From positions 77,018 to 141,017 of the forward strand of contig DAHWUD010000002.1 of NCBI GenBank assembly GCA_027331445.1: 64,000 nucleotides of DNA, in the 5' to 3' direction. The notes beneath the pieces were generated by a model. The model was given only the letters and a program-made list of their open reading frames with translations, did no database searches and was not told the origin of the DNA. Shown one piece after another: positions 18,800-29,059 of the stretch. The DNA is from Candidatus Amesbacteria bacterium (lineage in GTDB: Bacteria > Patescibacteriota > Microgenomatia > CAZETR01 > Amesbacteraceae). The position numbers were made by a program, and so were the translations under genes. How positions within the stretch are numbered: the stretch's first letter is position 1; each line of letters begins with the position of its first letter.

Positions 18800-19911
18800 T
18801 TAAACTGCTCCGTTATCTTATCACTCGGCGCCGTATCGCTGCCCAGCATCTGCCCCACCCTGATTACCTGTTCCACCAACCGGTTGGTATATCCCCATTC
18901 GTTATCGTACCAGGCGAGCACTTTCACCAAATCCCCGTCGATCACCTGCGTAAATTCCGGATCCACGATGGCGCTGTAGCTGCTCCCGATAATATCCGAA
19001 CTCACCAGGTGCTCCGGCACGCCGTTTTTTCCCGATACCCCCAAAATTCCCTGATAAATCGGATTATTTATGGCTTCCTCAAATGCCCCGTTAATTTCCT
19101 CGCGGGTGACTTTTCTTTTTGTCACAAACACAAAATCGGTAATCGATCCGGTAATTACCGGCACTCGCAGAGAAATCCCGTCAAACAGTCCTTTCAGTTC
19201 CGGAATCACTTCCATCGTCGCCACCGCCGCCCCGGTGGACGTCGGTACCACATTCATCGCCGCCGCCCTCGCCCGGCGCAAATCTTTATGCGAACTGTCC
19301 TGCAGCACTTGGTCATCCGTATAAGCGTGCACTGTCGTCATCATGGCCTTGGCAATCCCGAATTTGCTGTGGATTACTGCTGCCACCGGGGTAATGCAGT
19401 TCGTGGTGCAGCTGGCATTGGACATTACCACTCCCTCTTTATATTCATTGACTCCCAGCACAAATGTTCCCACATTCCCGCCCTTGGCCGGGGCCGAAAT
19501 CACCACTCTCTTTGCTCCGGCCTTGGCGTGTTTGGCCGCTCCCGCTTCATCCGTAAAGTGCCCCGTCGCTTCAACCACTACTTCCACCCCGTATTTACTC
19601 CACGGCAGTTTCTCCGGATCCCGCTGCGCCAGTACCGGGACTTTGATATTCATGCTCTCCACCACCAAATATCCGATCAATGGGTCCGCATCTGTCACTT
19701 CTTTTACACTCTTCACTCTCTCCGCCTTCACTTCCATTTCAAATTTCCGGTACGTCGTATCCTGGTTTACCAAATGGCACCATCCGTCCACTTCCATTGA
19801 CCCGGACGTGTTCACCGCCACAAACTCCAACTCGTTGTGATGTTTCGTCAACCCTACTCTAAATGCCAACCTCCCGATTCTCCCAAATCCGTTAATCGCA
19901 ACCTTTACCAT
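18796..19911 (-). CDS. gap: Glyceraldehyde-3-phosphate dehydrogenase
   Basis: VAINGFGRIGR Rossmann motif. Catalytic SNASCTTNC motif. Confidence 0.9.
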   Translation of the reverse strand: MVKVAINGFGRIGRLAFRVGLTKHHNELEFVAVNTSGSMEVDGWCHLVNQDTTYRKFEMEVKAERVKSVKEVTDADPLIGYLVVESMNIKVPVLAQRDPEKLPWSKYGVEVVVEATGHFTDEAGAAKHAKAGAKRVVISAPAKGGNVGTFVLGVNEYKEGVVMSNASCTTNCITPVAAVIHSKFGIAKAMMTTVHAYTDDQVLQDSSHKDLRRARAAAMNVVPTSTGAAVATMEVIPELKGLFDGISLRVPVITGSITDFVFVTKRKVTREEINGAFEEAINNPIYQGILGVSGKNGVPEHLVSSDIIGSSYSAIVDPEFTQVIDGDLVKVLAWYDNEWGYTNRLVEQVIRVGQMLGSDTAPSDKITEQFK

Positions 19912-19915
19912 AACT

Positions 19916-20842
19916 CTACTCTACCAAAGCTTCGATCCCCGGTAAAGTCCCTGCTACCAAAAACTCGCACATTGCCCCTCCGCCCACTGACACCCAGTCG
20001 AATTCCGCCGTCAGCCCAAATAGCTGCAGTGCTTCCTCTGTATTTCCCCCGCCCGCCACTCGGTACGCCTGTGAACTCACCACCGCCCCGAGCACCTCCC
20101 TCGTCCCCTTCTGTGCCGACACCTCCTCAAACTTTCCCATCGGCCCGGCCACCACCACTACCGCCGCATCCGCCGTTTCTTCTTTAAACAATTGAATTGA
20201 TTCATCATCTATATCCAGTCCGTCGTCACGCAATTTCGCCAAAATCACATTCTTTGTCACTTCGCTATGAGAACTTAAAATCTGCTCCGGCAATAATCCC
20301 CCTACCAGTACTTGGTCAAATTTCCCCGCCAGCTCCCTGGCGTAGCCGGCTTTATCTTCGGCTTTCGCCCCTCCGATTACCAGCACTTTCTTCCCCGTCC
20401 GCACCAGGACTTCGGACAATTGGCTTGTCTCCTTGGCAAATCTGATTCCCATCGCCACTGCATCCCCCCGCTCCTTCATATACCGCGGCAGGGCATCTAC
20501 CGAAGCGTGTTTGCGGTGGGCCGTCCCGAAAGCTTCGTCCACGTAAATTTCCCACCCCTCCGCCCATTCCCGGGCCAAGCCCGCATCATCCGCCTGTTCC
20601 CGCGGGTCTTTTCTAATATCCCACTCTACCGCTACCTCCGGCCACCACATGGTCATCTCTTCCCGCCCCTTATGCCCGATCACCTTGATCCTCCATGCCC
20701 CGTGATCTTTAAGATATCCCACCAGTTCATCTATCGTCCTCCCCCGCGGACTGTCTTTTTCGGAAAATTCCAAATCTCCCCGCACCAGGACGCTCTTTCC
20801 CGCTACCGGCACATCACTTATGATCTGCGGCTGCTTTTTCAT
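19916..20842 (-). CDS. pgk: Phosphoglycerate kinase (compact form, 308 aa)
   Basis: VDEAFGTAHR motif, KVIGHKGR (SHLGRP equivalent), GGGA C-terminal domain motif. Confidence 0.8.
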   Translation of the reverse strand: MKKQPQIISDVPVAGKSVLVRGDLEFSEKDSPRGRTIDELVGYLKDHGAWRIKVIGHKGREEMTMWWPEVAVEWDIRKDPREQADDAGLAREWAEGWEIYVDEAFGTAHRKHASVDALPRYMKERGDAVAMGIRFAKETSQLSEVLVRTGKKVLVIGGAKAEDKAGYARELAGKFDQVLVGGLLPEQILSSHSEVTKNVILAKLRDDGLDIDDESIQLFKEETADAAVVVVAGPMGKFEEVSAQKGTREVLGAVVSSQAYRVAGGGNTEEALQLFGLTAEFDWVSVGGGAMCEFLVAGTLPGIEALVE

Positions 20843-21275
20843 ATCGGCTAATTTTTTCGATCCGTCGCAAATAACGGTCCGATCTCACGAACTCCGTCTC
20901 CAAAAACTTTTCCACCAGTTCAATGGCCTTAAATTCATCGGTGTTATCCGCTGCCAGCGCCAGCACGTTTATATTGTCATCCTTCCGTGACGCAAACACC
21001 TGGTCCTCTTCAAATCCCAATCCGCATCTGATTCTCTGCACTTTGTTGGCCGCGATTTCCACCCCCACTCCGCTGCCGCACAATACAATTCCCCTGTTTG
21101 CCTCCGGCGCCCTCGCCACTTTCTGCGCCACGTCAATCGCAAAATCCACATAATCATCACCGCTGTCGTATTCAAACGCTCCGGCGTCCTCAAATTCCAG
21201 CTCCCGCCCCGTCAGCCACTCGTTTATTTTCGCTTTCAGTTCAAACCCATGATGATCACTCCCGATATAAATCAT
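20814..21275 (-). CDS. rpiB: Ribose-5-phosphate isomerase B (RpiB/LacAB family)
   Basis: MIYIGSDHHG...GIVLCGSGVG. Start taken at the internal ATG; the upstream MWFWQSIRKK extension overlaps pgk and is unlikely to be real. Confidence 0.85.
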   Translation of the reverse strand: MIYIGSDHHGFELKAKINEWLTGRELEFEDAGAFEYDSGDDYVDFAIDVAQKVARAPEANRGIVLCGSGVGVEIAANKVQRIRCGLGFEEDQVFASRKDDNINVLALAADNTDEFKAIELVEKFLETEFVRSDRYLRRIEKISRYEKAAADHK

Positions 21276-21285
21276 ATTCGTACCG

Positions 21286-21936
21286 CTATATCTTAAAGGC
21301 CTGGGCCAGTTTGCGCAACTCTTTTTCCGGATCGATTGCCAAAACCACATCCGTCGCCACCAGAATTCCCACCGCCCGCAGCTTTAATCCCACTTTCACA
21401 TCTTCCTCTGAATGAATTCCTGCCCCGATCAAAAGCGGTAAGGGAATGGCATTCACGGCCTGGGCGATCACATCCGGTTTTTCCGTCGCCACCGACTTAT
21501 CCCGGCTGCCCACCAGCTCCGGCGGTTCATACGATATATAATTGGGTAACAACTTGGCCAGTTGCACCGTCTCCTCCAGATTTCCGGCACACACGGTCAC
21601 CACAAACCCCGGAAACTCTTTTGCCCGGTCAATGACTTTTCTGATTTCCTCAGCCGCAATCCGGTGTTCCGAGTGATTCAGCATCGTCCCCGTCGCTCCC
21701 GCCCCCATTACTTCCTCAATCGTCACAAAACCCGTGTGCCTGTCCGGTTCCACTCCGTCCGTGTGCTGCGCCCAACATTCCGCCCCCGTATCCCTGCAGG
21801 CCCGCATATCCCCCAATTGTGGCACCACCACTACTCTTATCCCTGTCTCCTTTGCCACCCGTACACTCATTCGGGCCAGTTGCACCGCTTTTTCTCCCGT
21901 CCCTTGTAGATAGGTCTTCAGGTTGACTACCACCAC
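21286..21936 (-). CDS. tpiA: Triosephosphate isomerase, short archaeal-type
   Basis: NHSEHR (catalytic His region), YEPPELVG (catalytic Glu region). 216 aa. Confidence 0.75.
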   Translation of the reverse strand: MVVVNLKTYLQGTGEKAVQLARMSVRVAKETGIRVVVVPQLGDMRACRDTGAECWAQHTDGVEPDRHTGFVTIEEVMGAGATGTMLNHSEHRIAAEEIRKVIDRAKEFPGFVVTVCAGNLEETVQLAKLLPNYISYEPPELVGSRDKSVATEKPDVIAQAVNAIPLPLLIGAGIHSEEDVKVGLKLRAVGILVATDVVLAIDPEKELRKLAQAFKI

Positions 21937-21959
21937 CCTTTCATCTTATCATAATTTAT

Positions 21960-22529
21960 ATGCGTCCTGCCCGCATCCCCTTCCGCCTCTGGCTCCTCGG
22001 CTTAGCCGTCTCTTTTTTCTTAGCCGGCGTCATTCTCCGGGTCTCCGCCGCTTCCGATTTTGCCATCACTTCCCCCGCCCCCAACTCTACCCTGGTGGGC
22101 TCCACCGTCACTCTGCAATTTTCCCTCCCCGCCTCCTTTAAGCTGGTCAATTACCAGACGCATCCGCGTGCCGCTTATGGCCAGGGTCATATCCGTCTCT
22201 GGGTTGATACTGCCCCCAATCCCGATGACGCTATCCCTGTCATTACCACTTCATACACTCTCACCCATCTCCGCTACGGCCCCCACCAGGTTACCGCCGA
22301 ACTTGTCACCAACGACAATGCTTCCCTCATTCCCCAGACCCTCACCACCACCGCCTTCACCACCGTCTCCTCCCTCTCCCCCCATCCCACTCTCCAAACC
22401 CTGCTCCCCCTCTCTCTTCTGACCTTCATCTCCATCGTCTTTGCCATGGTTCTGGTTCTGCCGCACCGCCGTCTCCATCCGCCCAAAAAAACCCTCCGCC
22501 GCTCCCCCAAAAATAAATCCGGAAGATAA
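21960..22529 (+). CDS. Hypothetical secreted/membrane-anchored protein
   Basis: N-terminal signal/TM and C-terminal TM. Thr-rich. Confidence 0.45.
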   Translation: MRPARIPFRLWLLGLAVSFFLAGVILRVSAASDFAITSPAPNSTLVGSTVTLQFSLPASFKLVNYQTHPRAAYGQGHIRLWVDTAPNPDDAIPVITTSYTLTHLRYGPHQVTAELVTNDNASLIPQTLTTTAFTTVSSLSPHPTLQTLLPLSLLTFISIVFAMVLVLPHRRLHPPKKTLRRSPKNKSGR

Positions 22530-22563
22530 TCCTGAGCTTGACATCCTGAGCGCAGCCGAAGGA

Positions 22564-23157
22564 CTAAATAGCTACCAGACTCTTCCACATCTCCCAAAAT
22601 ACTCCTGAATACGTCCTCCAGTCCCCGAGTGCACAATCCGCTTCCGCCATCACCAGCTTGTTTCCCTTTTCTACAAGCGCCTGCTGCCGCATCCGCACCT
22701 GCCCGTTTGCCCCCGTCACCTGCCAGGTAATGACCGTTATATCGGCCCGGTCCGTGGAAATATACTGTCTCTCTCCCCACTGCTTCCACCCCTCTGCCGT
22801 CCTCTCCTTCACCATCCCGTCCACATAATCGACCAGGCTTTGCTTCACCGTATATTCTTCCAGGGTCACTTTTACATCGCTCTTCGGGGCCGCAAATATT
22901 GCCACATCCGTCTTCACCGGCCAGGTCTTGCTCCCCCACACCGCCTGCACCGTCCACGTCTCCGGATAATTTATCCTCACCGCCGCTCCGCCCTCTTCAA
23001 ACAATTTATTGGCCGCCCCGGCCATCCCCAACTTCCCTGGCCCGTGCCCGTATTGGCTGGTTTCCGCCTTCCGCCAGGGCAGATAATCCTTTTTTATCGT
23101 CCATGCTATCCCTCCCGCCAGCGCCACCACTCCGATTCCGATTATTACCTTTTTCAT
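22564..23157 (-). CDS. Hypothetical membrane-anchored protein, related to the repeat module of the 12658-14142 protein
   Basis: N-terminal TM. RINYPETWTVQAVW resembles the YPP.F...W module. Confidence 0.45.
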   Translation of the reverse strand: MKKVIIGIGVVALAGGIAWTIKKDYLPWRKAETSQYGHGPGKLGMAGAANKLFEEGGAAVRINYPETWTVQAVWGSKTWPVKTDVAIFAAPKSDVKVTLEEYTVKQSLVDYVDGMVKERTAEGWKQWGERQYISTDRADITVITWQVTGANGQVRMRQQALVEKGNKLVMAEADCALGDWRTYSGVFWEMWKSLVAI

Positions 23158-23348
23158 ACTATTTGCTATTATATCCTCATGGACCCGCTATCCGATACCC
23201 CGCGTCAGCCGACTTTCTGGCAGAACCTCAGCGCCAAAATCGCCAAAAATTTTCCCTATTTTATAGCCGGCGTCATCCGCACTTTAAGCTACGGCCTCTT
23301 TAAAGTCATCGGGTTTCTAAAACAGGTCATCGCCGACGCCATCGGCCA

Positions 23349-24113
23349 TTAGCCCCTAAATGTCAAAAACCACACCGCCGCGATAATTATTCTGTACCCG
23401 GCAAATCCCTCCCAGCTTCTCTTTTGTAAATTGGCGATCAGCCACTTCACTGATAGCCACGCCACGACAAATGCGATTGCAAACGCCAGGATGAGCAGCC
23501 CCCACTCTCCCCCGGTAAATTTCCAGCTGCTTTTGACTACATCCAGTCCCGTCGCCGCCACCATCGTCGGCACCGCCAGCCAGAATGACATCTCCACCGC
23601 CGCTTTGCGCGATAGTCCCAACCCCATGCCTCCATATACTGTCGCCGCCGACCGGGACACTCCGGGAATCATTGCTAGGGCCTGGGCCACTCCGATTCCC
23701 GCCGCCTGCACCAGGCTTAGATCGTCTACTTCTTTTGTCCCTATCGGGCCTTTCTTCTCCCACCACAGCATCACTAACCCTCCGACCACCAGCGCCACCA
23801 TGGCTATATGCGCGTTTCCCAGCAGATAATTCTTCACAATCTTATAAAAAATCAGCCCCAGTATTCCCGTCGGTACAAACCCAGCAATTAATATCCCCCA
23901 CAACTTCTTGTCCCTCCCCACTCTCACAGCGTACATCCCCACCACCGCCAGCATTGCCCCCAGTTGAATAATAATTTCAAAGCTTTTTACAAATTCCGTC
24001 TGCAATACTCCCATCCACCCTGAAACCATTACCAAATGCGCCGTCGAGGAAATCGGCAAAAACTCCGTAAACCCCTCCACTACGGCCAAAATCATCGCCT
24101 GAAAATAATTCAT
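23349..24113 (-). CDS. uppP: Undecaprenyl-diphosphatase
   Basis: EGFTEFLPISSTAH and PGVSRSAAT signature motifs. 8 TM. Confidence 0.9.
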   Translation of the reverse strand: MNYFQAMILAVVEGFTEFLPISSTAHLVMVSGWMGVLQTEFVKSFEIIIQLGAMLAVVGMYAVRVGRDKKLWGILIAGFVPTGILGLIFYKIVKNYLLGNAHIAMVALVVGGLVMLWWEKKGPIGTKEVDDLSLVQAAGIGVAQALAMIPGVSRSAATVYGGMGLGLSRKAAVEMSFWLAVPTMVAATGLDVVKSSWKFTGGEWGLLILAFAIAFVVAWLSVKWLIANLQKRSWEGFAGYRIIIAAVWFLTFRG

Positions 24114-24132
24114 TCCCCCTTATAATAGCCTT

Positions 24133-24987
24133 ATGTCCCGCCAATTTCCAGTCATTTATCTGACCCTCTCCGCCTTTCTTTTGGTGCTTATCTTTTATCC
24201 CCGCCCCTCTCTCCGGCCCGCCTCTCCCGCCCCTTCCCTCCCCTCGCCCACCCCGGTGCCTTTCCCCACCGTCACTTCCACTCCTACCCCGAAGCCCCTG
24301 ACTTTTGCCCAGCGTAATGCCTTGTCTGGTCCATGTGCCTATCTCCCCGTCCTTTTCTACCACCATATCCAAACCCCCGCGGCAGCCGCTGCCAGCCACC
24401 AATCCTCGCTTACCGTTTATACCGACGTCTTTGCCGGCCAAATGCAGTATTTGGCCGACCGGGGCTATACCCCAATTACCCCCGGCCGGCTCGACGATTT
24501 TTTTGATCACTCCGTCCCCCTCCCCTCCAAAGCCGTCCTCTTAACCTTCGATGACGGCTATGTCGATTTTTATACCGATGCCGCCCCGATCCTGAAGGCT
24601 CATAATTTTCCCGCCGTCATGTTCCTGCCGACAGGCCTGGTCCAAAATCCCGATTACCTCACTTGGGACCAGGTTTCCCGTCTTTCCTCATCAGTTTATT
24701 TTGCCAACCACACCTGGTCTCACGCCAGCCTCTATACAAATCTGGCCGTTCTCTCCCGTGAAGTTGACACCGCCCAAACCCAGCTGGCCGACCACGGCCT
24801 CAACCCCCTGAAGGTTTTTGCCTATCCTTACGGCACCGCTCCCCCGCCCGCCGTCAATTATCTTGCCCGGCACGGCTATTCCCTGGCTTTCACTACCCAG
24901 TATGGCCTCTATCAATGCGCCCGCCTCCGCCTGACTCTGCCCCGCATCCGCGTCGCCAACGTCCCCCTCTCCCGCTATGGCCTCTGA
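24133..24987 (+). CDS. Polysaccharide deacetylase (NodB/CE4 domain), secreted
   Basis: LTFDDGY (TFDDG) and HTWSH motifs. N-terminal TM/signal and a Pro-rich linker. Confidence 0.8.
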   Translation: MSRQFPVIYLTLSAFLLVLIFYPRPSLRPASPAPSLPSPTPVPFPTVTSTPTPKPLTFAQRNALSGPCAYLPVLFYHHIQTPAAAAASHQSSLTVYTDVFAGQMQYLADRGYTPITPGRLDDFFDHSVPLPSKAVLLTFDDGYVDFYTDAAPILKAHNFPAVMFLPTGLVQNPDYLTWDQVSRLSSSVYFANHTWSHASLYTNLAVLSREVDTAQTQLADHGLNPLKVFAYPYGTAPPPAVNYLARHGYSLAFTTQYGLYQCARLRLTLPRIRVANVPLSRYGL

Positions 24988-25052
24988 CCTTCACCCATCC
25001 CAAATCCACCATGACTTCAGTCCCCAAATTTAGTATAGTAAAACTACCTGCC

Positions 25053-26744
25053 ATGACTTCTGTCCGCCCCCCCCTCACCGTGGCCTATTTCTCCATGGAA
25101 ATGATGCTGGAGACGGATATTCCCACTTATGCCGGTGGCCTGGGTGTCCTGGCCGGCGACCTCCTCCGTTCTTGTGCTGACTTATCCGTCCCCGCCGTCG
25201 GTATCACCTTGGTCTATAGCGGCAATACTTTTTCTCAAACCATCCATCCCGACGGCACCCAGTCCTTCACCGAAACCGACTGGCAGAAAATGGACCAGCT
25301 CATCAAACTTCCCGACCAAATCACCCTGACCATCGCCGGCACCCCGGTTAAGGTCGGCTGCTGGCGCTACGATATCGTCGGCATTTCCGGCTTTGTCGTC
25401 CCGGTCTACCTGTTGGACACCGACTTTCCCGAAAATCCCCCTTGGGTGCAAAACATCACCCGCAATCTTTACGGCGGGGGCGGTGACATTCGCCTGGGCC
25501 AGGAAATAGTCCTCGGTTTCGGCGGCGTCGCCATGCTCCGGGAATTAGGTTACAAAGATATTTCCACTTATCACCTCAATGAAGGTCACTGTGCTTTCGT
25601 CCCCCTGGCCCTGATGCCGGAACACGCCTACCGCGACGCTGAAGTTCGGCAGTTGTGTGTCTTTACCACTCACACCCCGGTCCCTGAAGGCCACGACAAG
25701 TTTGCCTACGACTTGGCTTACCGCATGTGCGGCAGCCTCCTCCCCTGGCACATTAAAAAATTGGCCACCGAACCGTCCTTAAGTATGACCCACCTCGCTC
25801 TCAATCTCAGCCGTGTTGCCTTCGCCGTTTCCCAAAAGCACCAGGCCGTTTCCGAGCACCTCTTCCCCGGCTACAAATTCTCCCATATTACCAACGGCGT
25901 CCATCACCGAAGCTGGACCTGGCCCCATTTGCAAAACCTGTATACCCAATTTTTCCCCGGTTGGGACAACGATCCCTCCCTGTTAAAATTTGCCCCCAAA
26001 GTCATTACCGACGACGCCCTCTGGTCTGCTCACATGGCCGCCAAAAAAGACCTTATCAGCTATGTTAATTCTCACTTCAAAAATCCCGCCCCCGATCTCA
26101 TGTTCGATAACGACACTCTGACCGTCTCCCTCGCCCGCCGTCCCGTCGCTTACAAACGCCCCCTGCTCCTATATCATGATTTGGAAAGGTTTATTAGAAT
26201 CGGTGTCGGCAATCTCCAGATTATCCAGTGCGGCAAATCCCACCCCGACGACAACGTTTCCCAGGACTTCGTCAAACAAATTGTCTCTATCTCTCAAAAA
26301 CTGCGTGGCATTCTCAAAATTACCTACTTGGAAAATTATTCCCCCAAAATCGCCCGCCTGTTGGTCGCCGGCTCCGATCTTTGGCTCAATACTCCCCGCC
26401 GTCCCCTGGAGGCTTCCGGTACCAGCGGCATGAAAGCCGCCCTAAACGGCGTCTTGAATCTCTCTGTTCTCGATGGCTGGTGGCTCGAAGGTTTTGCCCT
26501 AGCTCCCCAGGCCGGCTTCCCCATCGGCCCTTCCGATCCCTCCCCCACAGCGGGCAGCAACGACGACGTCGACGCCGACGACCTCTACAACCAGCTGCAA
26601 AATCACATTATTCCCCTATATTACCAGCACCGCTCCTACTGGATCGCCCGCATGAAACAAGCCATTGCCCTGGGCGGACACTTCAACACTCACCGCGCCG
26701 TTCAGGAATACCTCAAGCTCGCTTGGCAACCGAATCTATCCTGA
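25053..26744 (+). CDS. Alpha-glucan (glycogen/maltodextrin) phosphorylase, short GT35 type
   Basis: AYFSMEM N-terminal motif, GGLGVLAGD, PLP-lysine region GTSGMKAALNGVLNLSVLDGWW. Start chosen at the ATG 10 codons before AYFSME; 25011 is an alternative, and the 24915 start overlaps the upstream gene. Confidence 0.8.
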   Translation: MTSVRPPLTVAYFSMEMMLETDIPTYAGGLGVLAGDLLRSCADLSVPAVGITLVYSGNTFSQTIHPDGTQSFTETDWQKMDQLIKLPDQITLTIAGTPVKVGCWRYDIVGISGFVVPVYLLDTDFPENPPWVQNITRNLYGGGGDIRLGQEIVLGFGGVAMLRELGYKDISTYHLNEGHCAFVPLALMPEHAYRDAEVRQLCVFTTHTPVPEGHDKFAYDLAYRMCGSLLPWHIKKLATEPSLSMTHLALNLSRVAFAVSQKHQAVSEHLFPGYKFSHITNGVHHRSWTWPHLQNLYTQFFPGWDNDPSLLKFAPKVITDDALWSAHMAAKKDLISYVNSHFKNPAPDLMFDNDTLTVSLARRPVAYKRPLLLYHDLERFIRIGVGNLQIIQCGKSHPDDNVSQDFVKQIVSISQKLRGILKITYLENYSPKIARLLVAGSDLWLNTPRRPLEASGTSGMKAALNGVLNLSVLDGWWLEGFALAPQAGFPIGPSDPSPTAGSNDDVDADDLYNQLQNHIIPLYYQHRSYWIARMKQAIALGGHFNTHRAVQEYLKLAWQPNLS

Positions 26745-28662
26745 CTCCCGACAGCCGCAGGGCGTTCAGAATCGGGAAAAAGTCGGTCAGAAAATTGTAC
26801 GCCGCCGCCCACGACGGACCCATCACCCCTGAGAGGACCAATCCCAATCCCACCGCATTCGTCACTCCCCAGATCACAAACTCCTGCCTTACGATCCCCA
26901 GGGCTTTCTTACCCAGGGTCATGGCTTGCGGGATCCTCACCAGGCTGTCCTTGATCAAGGCTACATCGGCCGCTTCTATCGCCGCGTCCGACCCGATCAC
27001 CCCCATGGCCATACTTACATCCGCGAGGGCCAGGGCCGCCGCGTCATTCACTCCGTCCCCGATCATTCCCACCATTCCCGGATTTTCTTTCTTAATTCTG
27101 TCAATCCAGGCGATTTTCTGTTCCGGCAGCAGATTTGCGTGGTACTCGTCTATCCCCACTTCCCGGGCTACCTGCGCCGCCACCCGCTCGTTATCCCCGG
27201 TCAGCATCCACCACTTGGCTACCCCCAGTCTCCGGGTTTCCTCGATCACTTTTTTAGCATGCGGTCTCACCGCGTCTTCCAATTCCACCAGCCCCCGCAG
27301 CTTTTTCCCTTCACCCAGTGCCGACAGACCGTAGCCTTTGTCTCTCGCTTCCGCCACCGCCTTTTCCTGCTCTGCATTTAACTTAATTCCCTTCTTTGTT
27401 AAATAATCAATTTTTCCCAGCCACCAGGTCTTTCCCTCTCCCTTCACTTCGATTCCCTCGCCCGCCGCCTCCTGGAACTCCTGCGGCGCCAGTATTTCCT
27501 CACCTTGCTTCTGCACATACTCTGTAATCGCCCGGGATACCGGATGGTGTGAGCTCCCCGCCGCCATCCCCAATATCCGCCAAAATTCCTTCTTGCTGCC
27601 TTTCTCCCAATCCCGCACTTCTACCACCCTGGGCTTGCCCATAGTCAGCGTCCCCGTCTTGTCCGTCACCACAAATTTCAATTTGGACATTTTCTCAATC
27701 ACTTCTGATCCTTTAAGAATCATCCCCATCCTCGCGCCCCGGGCGATCGCCACGGTAAAAGTGAGCGGTACCGCTACCGCGATATCATCCGCGCACACCA
27801 CCAGCAAAATCGCCAATACCATCTGGCGGTTGCTCATAAATACGTACCCCGCCAGGGCAAATACCAGCATCGAGATCACGTACCACTCGGAAAACTTATC
27901 CGCCACCCTCTCCCCCCTGGCCTTTCTCCGACTGGCTTCCTCTACCAATGCCGCCATCTTGACCAGCCGGCTGTCGCTCCCCACTTTCTCCGCTTTCACA
28001 TATAGTGATCCCCCTTCATTCAGTGTCGAACTGTAAACCATATCTCCCTCTTTCTTAATCACCAGCTCGCTTTCCCCCGTCAGATTGGCTTCATTAATGC
28101 TGGCCTGCCCGGACACCACCGTCCCGTCTACCGGAATCCGGTCTCCCGCTTCCACCACCACCAAATCTCCCTCCCGCACCGCTGAGAGAGGAATCTCCGC
28201 CACATCTTCACCCTTCTTGATTTTTACTTTCTCGGGCAGATATTTCATCATCTGCGACAGGATTCTTTTTACCCTCTCCTCCGTCCACGCGTCAAACAAC
28301 CGGGCAAACGCCAGCATCAGGTTGATAAATACCGCGCTGTACCATTCTCCGGCTATGAAAGCAAACCCCAGCGCCACGCTCGCCAGCAAATCAATCGTGA
28401 CTTTTCTCTTGACCAGGGCCCTGACTGCGCTGATTGCCACAGGTATGACCCCCAAAAACGACAGCACTATAAATACTTCCGTATTCCAGGCCGCTTTGGC
28501 ATACCACGGAATCGTCAGGCTGATACCGAGGGCCGCAATCAAAGAACTCTCCCAGACTATCTTTCTTCTCATTTTCCTTATTCTACCGTAAACTGGGCTC
28601 ATGCGCGCCTGGCTCTTTCCCTTTTCCATCCTCATTATTGTCCTCATCTCCCTGGCCGCCAT
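26713..28662 (-). CDS. P1-type (heavy-metal/Kdp-like topology) P-type ATPase with atypical TM ion-site motif
   Basis: DKTGTLT, TGDN, GDGVNDAAAL. A TGES actuator motif is present. The position of the P1B CPC motif reads VVCADD. The true start may be a downstream Met (MRRKIVW). Confidence 0.8.
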   Translation of the reverse strand: MAAREMRTIMRMEKGKSQARMSPVYGRIRKMRRKIVWESSLIAALGISLTIPWYAKAAWNTEVFIVLSFLGVIPVAISAVRALVKRKVTIDLLASVALGFAFIAGEWYSAVFINLMLAFARLFDAWTEERVKRILSQMMKYLPEKVKIKKGEDVAEIPLSAVREGDLVVVEAGDRIPVDGTVVSGQASINEANLTGESELVIKKEGDMVYSSTLNEGGSLYVKAEKVGSDSRLVKMAALVEEASRRKARGERVADKFSEWYVISMLVFALAGYVFMSNRQMVLAILLVVCADDIAVAVPLTFTVAIARGARMGMILKGSEVIEKMSKLKFVVTDKTGTLTMGKPRVVEVRDWEKGSKKEFWRILGMAAGSSHHPVSRAITEYVQKQGEEILAPQEFQEAAGEGIEVKGEGKTWWLGKIDYLTKKGIKLNAEQEKAVAEARDKGYGLSALGEGKKLRGLVELEDAVRPHAKKVIEETRRLGVAKWWMLTGDNERVAAQVAREVGIDEYHANLLPEQKIAWIDRIKKENPGMVGMIGDGVNDAAALALADVSMAMGVIGSDAAIEAADVALIKDSLVRIPQAMTLGKKALGIVRQEFVIWGVTNAVGLGLVLSGVMGPSWAAAYNFLTDFFPILNALRLSGVRIDSVAKRA

Positions 28663-29059
28663 CTACTTTCACCCCGAATTTTTCGGCTCTTCTCCTCCCC
28701 TTATCACCCCTCTGGCCGCCCTCCCTCCTCCTTCCCTTCCGCCTCTCCCCTCACCCACATCCCTTCCCCCCTCCGGTGTCACCGCCATTACTCTTTCCGC
28801 CGCCGATATTTCCACCTCTTCTGCCCGGCTTCTCTGGACGCTGGACGGCTACCCCAATTCCGGCTTTGCCGTTTTGGTCTCCACCGCTTCCGCCCCTCTC
28901 TATCCTCCCCGTCCCGGTGATTCCGTTTTTACTCTTCCCGACCCTACCACCCGCACCTACACTCTCCACCGGCCTGCTGTCCCCTTTTATATCCGCATTT
29001 GTGTCCTCCTCTCCTCCGCCACCTGCGATACTTACAGCAACCAAATTTCCCTTCCTTAA
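28601..29059 (+). CDS. Hypothetical secreted protein, FN3-like
   Basis: N-terminal TM, Pro-rich linker, ARLLWTLDGYPNSGFAVLVST resembles a fibronectin-III strand pattern. Confidence 0.4.
   Translation: MRAWLFPFSILIIVLISLAAIYFHPEFFGSSPPLITPLAALPPPSLPPLPSPTSLPPSGVTAITLSAADISTSSARLLWTLDGYPNSGFAVLVSTASAPLYPPRPGDSVFTLPDPTTRTYTLHRPAVPFYIRICVLLSSATCDTYSNQISLP

Noticed and set aside
20814-21350. Upstream start for rpiB (MWFWQSIRKK...)
   Set aside because: The RpiB family starts at MIYIGSDHHG. The extension would overlap the tpiA stop region, so the internal ATG 21275 was preferred.
24915-25052. Pro/Arg-rich 46-aa N-terminal extension of the glucan phosphorylase ORF
   Set aside because: It overlaps the deacetylase gene and has low-complexity composition. 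Family members start a few residues before AYFSME.
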